Source: Dimorphilus gyrociliatus (lineage: Eukaryota; Animalia; Annelida). Taken from it: a stretch of 64,000 nt of DNA. The position numbers were made by a program, and so were the translations under genes. The DNA is taken from NCBI GenBank assembly GCA_904063045.1, contig CAJFCJ010000017.1, forward strand, positions 372,001-436,000, given 5' to 3'. The notes under the pieces were generated by a model. That model saw only the letters and a program-made list of their open reading frames with translations. It did no database searches and was not told the DNA's origin. Of this stretch, positions 60,301 through 64,000 are shown one piece after another (position 1 is the first letter of the stretch; the number at the start of each line of letters is the position of its first letter).

Positions 60301-62220
60301 ATTACCGTCTAAAAATTGAATAATTATATTCTAATTGTATCAAAGAGTCGGTCTAAGTGTGTAACAACATAATAAAAACTTATGTTTGTCCGAGTTAAAC
60401 TTTCGTTTAGACGTACTTTTGAAAAATAGTTTTAAGAAAATGGCGTAACTCAAATAATATCATTCGCCTCTCTCTTACGTAATTCATCGCCGCGTCATAC
60501 AACTTTCACGCACGGTATTAACAGTGATTGACCGTCACCCGTGGCGTCTAACGTCCAAAGCACGAAAGTTGATAGAATATTATCACGGTTGACGTGTGTG
60601 ACGTATTGTAGAAGTATTTTCTTCCGCCTATTATACCCAAGTTCCACTTTCGCACGATCGGGCCTGTGATGCCCGGAAGAGATAAGATCAATTTCCCACA
60701 GCGATTTCAATGTGTCGGCAGCTCAATTTCTATTATTCTCATTTATTATTGATAGTTTCGATTTTAAGAGTCTATTTGAAAACTCAATAATTAAGTACTA
60801 GACTCTGAAATACTCAAGAATCTGCTACGAGTCGTTATAAGGAAACAACGAAGCGTCTCTTTTAAAAAAAGAAGCTCTTGAATTATTCAAGGCGTCTAGT
60901 GAATTATTGTTTATAGGAGTTTTTGTTCGTCCGAGAGATGGTCGATTTAATTTGTAAAGGAAATTGAATAAACTGTTTCATTTAATGATTCCTTCTTTTT
61001 AAATATAGAATGAAGAATTGCATCATATAGGAAAGTGAATGACCTACTTTAGGTAATATGAAGAAAAAACCTCAACCGTCTCCTCCCACTTCCTCTAAAA
61101 TTACGTTATGAAAAGTAAAAACCATCTCATAAAGGAAACGTATAATTAACGAACAATCGCAATAATTTATCTTAATTAATCACCAAGTTCTCACATGAAT
61201 ATATTTACATATTAATTGAGATAAAGCGTTTTAATTGTTGATTTGAATTTGTTATGCTATTCCTTTTTCTTCTTTTAAAGTAAATATAGAGAAGGTAGGA
61301 ACGCATGTGGCTGCATGAATCATTAAAAAAATGGAAATTGAACAAACGAATAATTGTATAGTGTCCAGGCGTTTATTGAAGAATTAAATGACGAGAAAAT
61401 TTTGCTAATTTGGGACAAGACAGGTGTGAAACGTTTGATGTTTAAGGCCAGGAAGCGTCGTAGGGTGTCTCAGTTGGGTATCGTTTTGTCGCACTTCTAC
61501 CGCTTTTTTAGCAGACGAGCGTCTAATCATGTAGTAATAATTTGACACTTTCATAAAGGCCTAAAAATATTTATACCAATGAAGCGTTTAGCGGTTCGGT
61601 CAGTATCGAAATTCCGACCGTTTAAAGTGCATGTAACGCTTCTTAAATTATCGTCATTAAACTAAATTCGAACGAAAAAAGGCGTGCTCTTCTCGACGGG
61701 ACGCCGCGGCGTCTATTCACGGTCTCGCCACGCCTCGAGCGTCCGTTCGACCGTCCGTTATTCAATTCTACGTTGAAATCGCCAAAGGCTATTGCCGCTT
61801 TGATGTTTGGTCTTTTTTAATAAATATTTTCGGACTTTGGTGTTTATATCCTTAATAAAGTTGTTTATGTTTCGTAATTAGCTGATTGTTATCAATATTG
61901 ACATCTGACTCGCTTCGATATGACAAATGAGAGTGATAACTTGAAGAAAAGTGGCGGATTGAAACGTAATGATGGCATATCATGCACGCGACCTTTGAAC
62001 CAGAGAATGACGGTGCCGTGAGAATGAGTGCTCTTCATCCATACTCAATAAGCCAGCATAAAATCTCAAATGAGAATGAGCCCCATAAAATGGAACTTTG
62101 AAAAGCTTTTGTGCTTTTTTAACATTTTTATAGTTCTCAAATACAAACTTCTTTACTCTTAATAAAGAAAAATCGAAATTTTATTATTAAATATATTCTA
62201 TACACCAATATATAATTATT

Positions 62221-62255
<35 letters not shown>

Positions 62256-62262
62256 TCTCTCA
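62221..62262. repeat. (CT)n microsatellite
   Basis: Run of ctctct. Similar (CT)/(GA) runs at ~19983, 25678, 35300, 36950, 43522, 55660, 56437, 57603 and 58670. Confidence 0.9.
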
Positions 62263-63316
62263 CTCTTTCTTTCTTTCTTTTTAGCGCCGTTATTACAACT
62301 TTTTACTTCTTTTCTAACTGTCTTTAGTCAATTTTTAAATAGATCATGAATATGAATTTTTTACGAAAATTACACAGTTTGACCTACTTTTTCATTTTTT
62401 TTCCCTCTCTCTTTTCCAATGTTTCTCTTAATAAATAAACAATATGATATATAAGTAGTATAACTATATAAATGTTAACATACCAAAATTTTTCAAAAAG
62501 GAAAAAAAGAGAGGAGAATACAAGCGGATATTCGTGAGATGCTATTTAAATGCATTCCTCCAATCATTAGACATTTCTAGATAATTGCTAAATTGGTTTG
62601 ACGAATTTTTTATAGAAGAATTAAAAGATAGAATAAAAGAAAGAGTATGTAGAAGAAATTCAATAAAGAAAGTTATTGGAGGAAGAGGACTATTAGTAGG
62701 AGGTTGCGAACAATTTACATGATTTTCTTTTCTTTATTTAATATCTTTATTATCTGTTTTTTTTTTCATGAGAGAAACATGAACATTTTATATGAATATA
62801 CAATGTATTTTTTACATGTATTTCATTATATATATGTAATATATACTGTATATATGCTTACATAAGAGGAAGATATAAACAATTTTTATTCATATGTACA
62901 GGCGAATTGAACCACGTTCCTTTTTTGCATTTATTAAAAAACACATAGTAAAAGAGATTGAGAGACAAAAAATAACGAATAAAAGAAAAAGACTTCTTCT
63001 TCTTCTTCTTCTTCTTCCGGTTGTCTTATAAAAGAAGAGAAAAAAGTGAAAAAAAACATACATTAATTATATAATATACAGTTAAAACAAACTTTGCAGA
63101 GCAAATTCTTGCACACTTGAACAATAACAATAAATAAGCTTTTAAAAAGGCATAAATTATTCTGTACGGTTTTTTTTATATTCCTTTATCATAACTTCCA
63201 AATCAAAAATTGAATAGATCGACCTACTTTTCCTTGCACGTCTCTTTCTCTTTCTGTCTATAAAGTCTATATATCTCTCGTTCTCATTCTCTTTCTGAAT
63301 CTTTATTTTTGTCCGA

Positions 63317-64000
63317 TTAATCATGTTTTTCTTTCGTAGTTGTGCTCTCTTCCTTTCCTAATATAAAGTCCATACCGAATTTTAGAGGCGTTTTTGTTGA
63401 ATCATTCTTTGGTTTTTCTGGTGACTTTTCCGGTGAAGTAAGAGACGGTTGACTAATTTGCATGTAATTAATCATAGGATAGGGTATAGATAGTGGTGGG
63501 ATACTTCGTATATCTAAAGAACGTATAGGAGATATGCCAGTATGAGAATTATGAACAAGGAGATGGCGTTTTAATAGAGCTTTCCGGCAGAAATTTCTGC
63601 CACATGTACCACATTTGTAACCAGCTCTATGATAATTATTAACGTGATCTCGTAAATCGGCCTTATTCTTGAATAAGATTTCACAACACTCCAGTATTTT
63701 ATCACATTCGTGATGCATTGTTGATATATGCCTTTTTAAATTGTTCTTTCTATCCGTTACGTATTGGCATTGAGGGCACTGGAAGAGTTTTTTACCCGAG
63801 GATGTATGAACTATTGGCGGTTGGAGATCATGGTTTGTTGAATTTCTTGTCATAGCAGTCATCTGGGCCATTCTCGCAGCATGGAGTGCCAGCATCTCGT
63901 TCCTTAAATGCCAGTTGGTAACGTTAATTCTAGGAAAGTTTAGTCCAGGGAAAATAGACGGTCTTGGAACGTTGAAAGTTCCTTTACTTTGAGGAGTCAT
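63317..64000 (-). CDS. C2H2 zinc-finger transcription factor with C-terminal eh1-like motif (5' end may lie beyond the window)
   Basis: CPQCQYVTDRKNNLKRHISTMH; ECCEILFKNKADLRDHVNNYH; CGTCGRNFCRKALLKRHLLVH; LKFGMDFILG near the C-terminus. Confidence 0.88.
   Translation of the reverse strand: MTPQSKGTFNVPRPSIFPGLNFPRINVTNWHLRNEMLALHAARMAQMTAMTRNSTNHDLQPPIVHTSSGKKLFQCPQCQYVTDRKNNLKRHISTMHHECDKILECCEILFKNKADLRDHVNNYHRAGYKCGTCGRNFCRKALLKRHLLVHNSHTGISPIRSLDIRSIPPLSIPYPMINYMQISQPSLTSPEKSPEKPKNDSTKTPLKFGMDFILGKEESTTTKEKHD

Overview
Eukaryotic (animal) genomic DNA: very AT-rich, gene-dense, mostly 45-150 nt GT-AG introns, many (TA)n/(CT)n microsatellites. The compactness resembles a miniaturised lophotrochozoan genome such as the annelid Dimorphilus; that species assignment is my inference and is unverified. 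About 23 protein-coding genes can be assembled by hand: the 3' end of a probable Zn-finger gene, glutamate dehydrogenase, ATP synthase subunit f, a GOLM1/GOLIM4-like Golgi protein with an Asn-rich tandem repeat, ubiquilin, a multi-EF-hand protein, HAX1, a START-domain protein, REXO4, MRPL37, a C2H2 protein, an N-acylated globin, a DUF229 protein, a long CD36-family protein, Na+/K+-ATPase alpha, a Tctex1-domain protein, chitobiase, a calmodulin-like protein, a minimal Olig-type bHLH, midnolin, a PAS-less Erg K+ channel, a Gfo/Idh/MocA oxidoreductase, METTL23 and a second C2H2 protein. There is also a Tc1/Tc3 transposon relic. I found no tRNA, rRNA, snRNA or CRISPR array. The strongest leads are: (1) two tandem, mutually exclusive 89-nt exons in GDH that swap residues next to its allosteric sites, flanked by intronic complementary sequences that could form a splicing switch; (2) an almost spacer-less calmodulin-like/chitobiase/Tctex1 run; (3) an intronless Erg channel carrying natural equivalents of hERG S620T, S631A and Y652S; (4) recurrent CTCF-like, E-box and TAGACGCC motifs in the small intergenic spaces; (5) a candidate multi-exon noncoding transcript at 0.4-3.2 kb. 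All protein identifications are by recalled motif similarity; no database searches were run.
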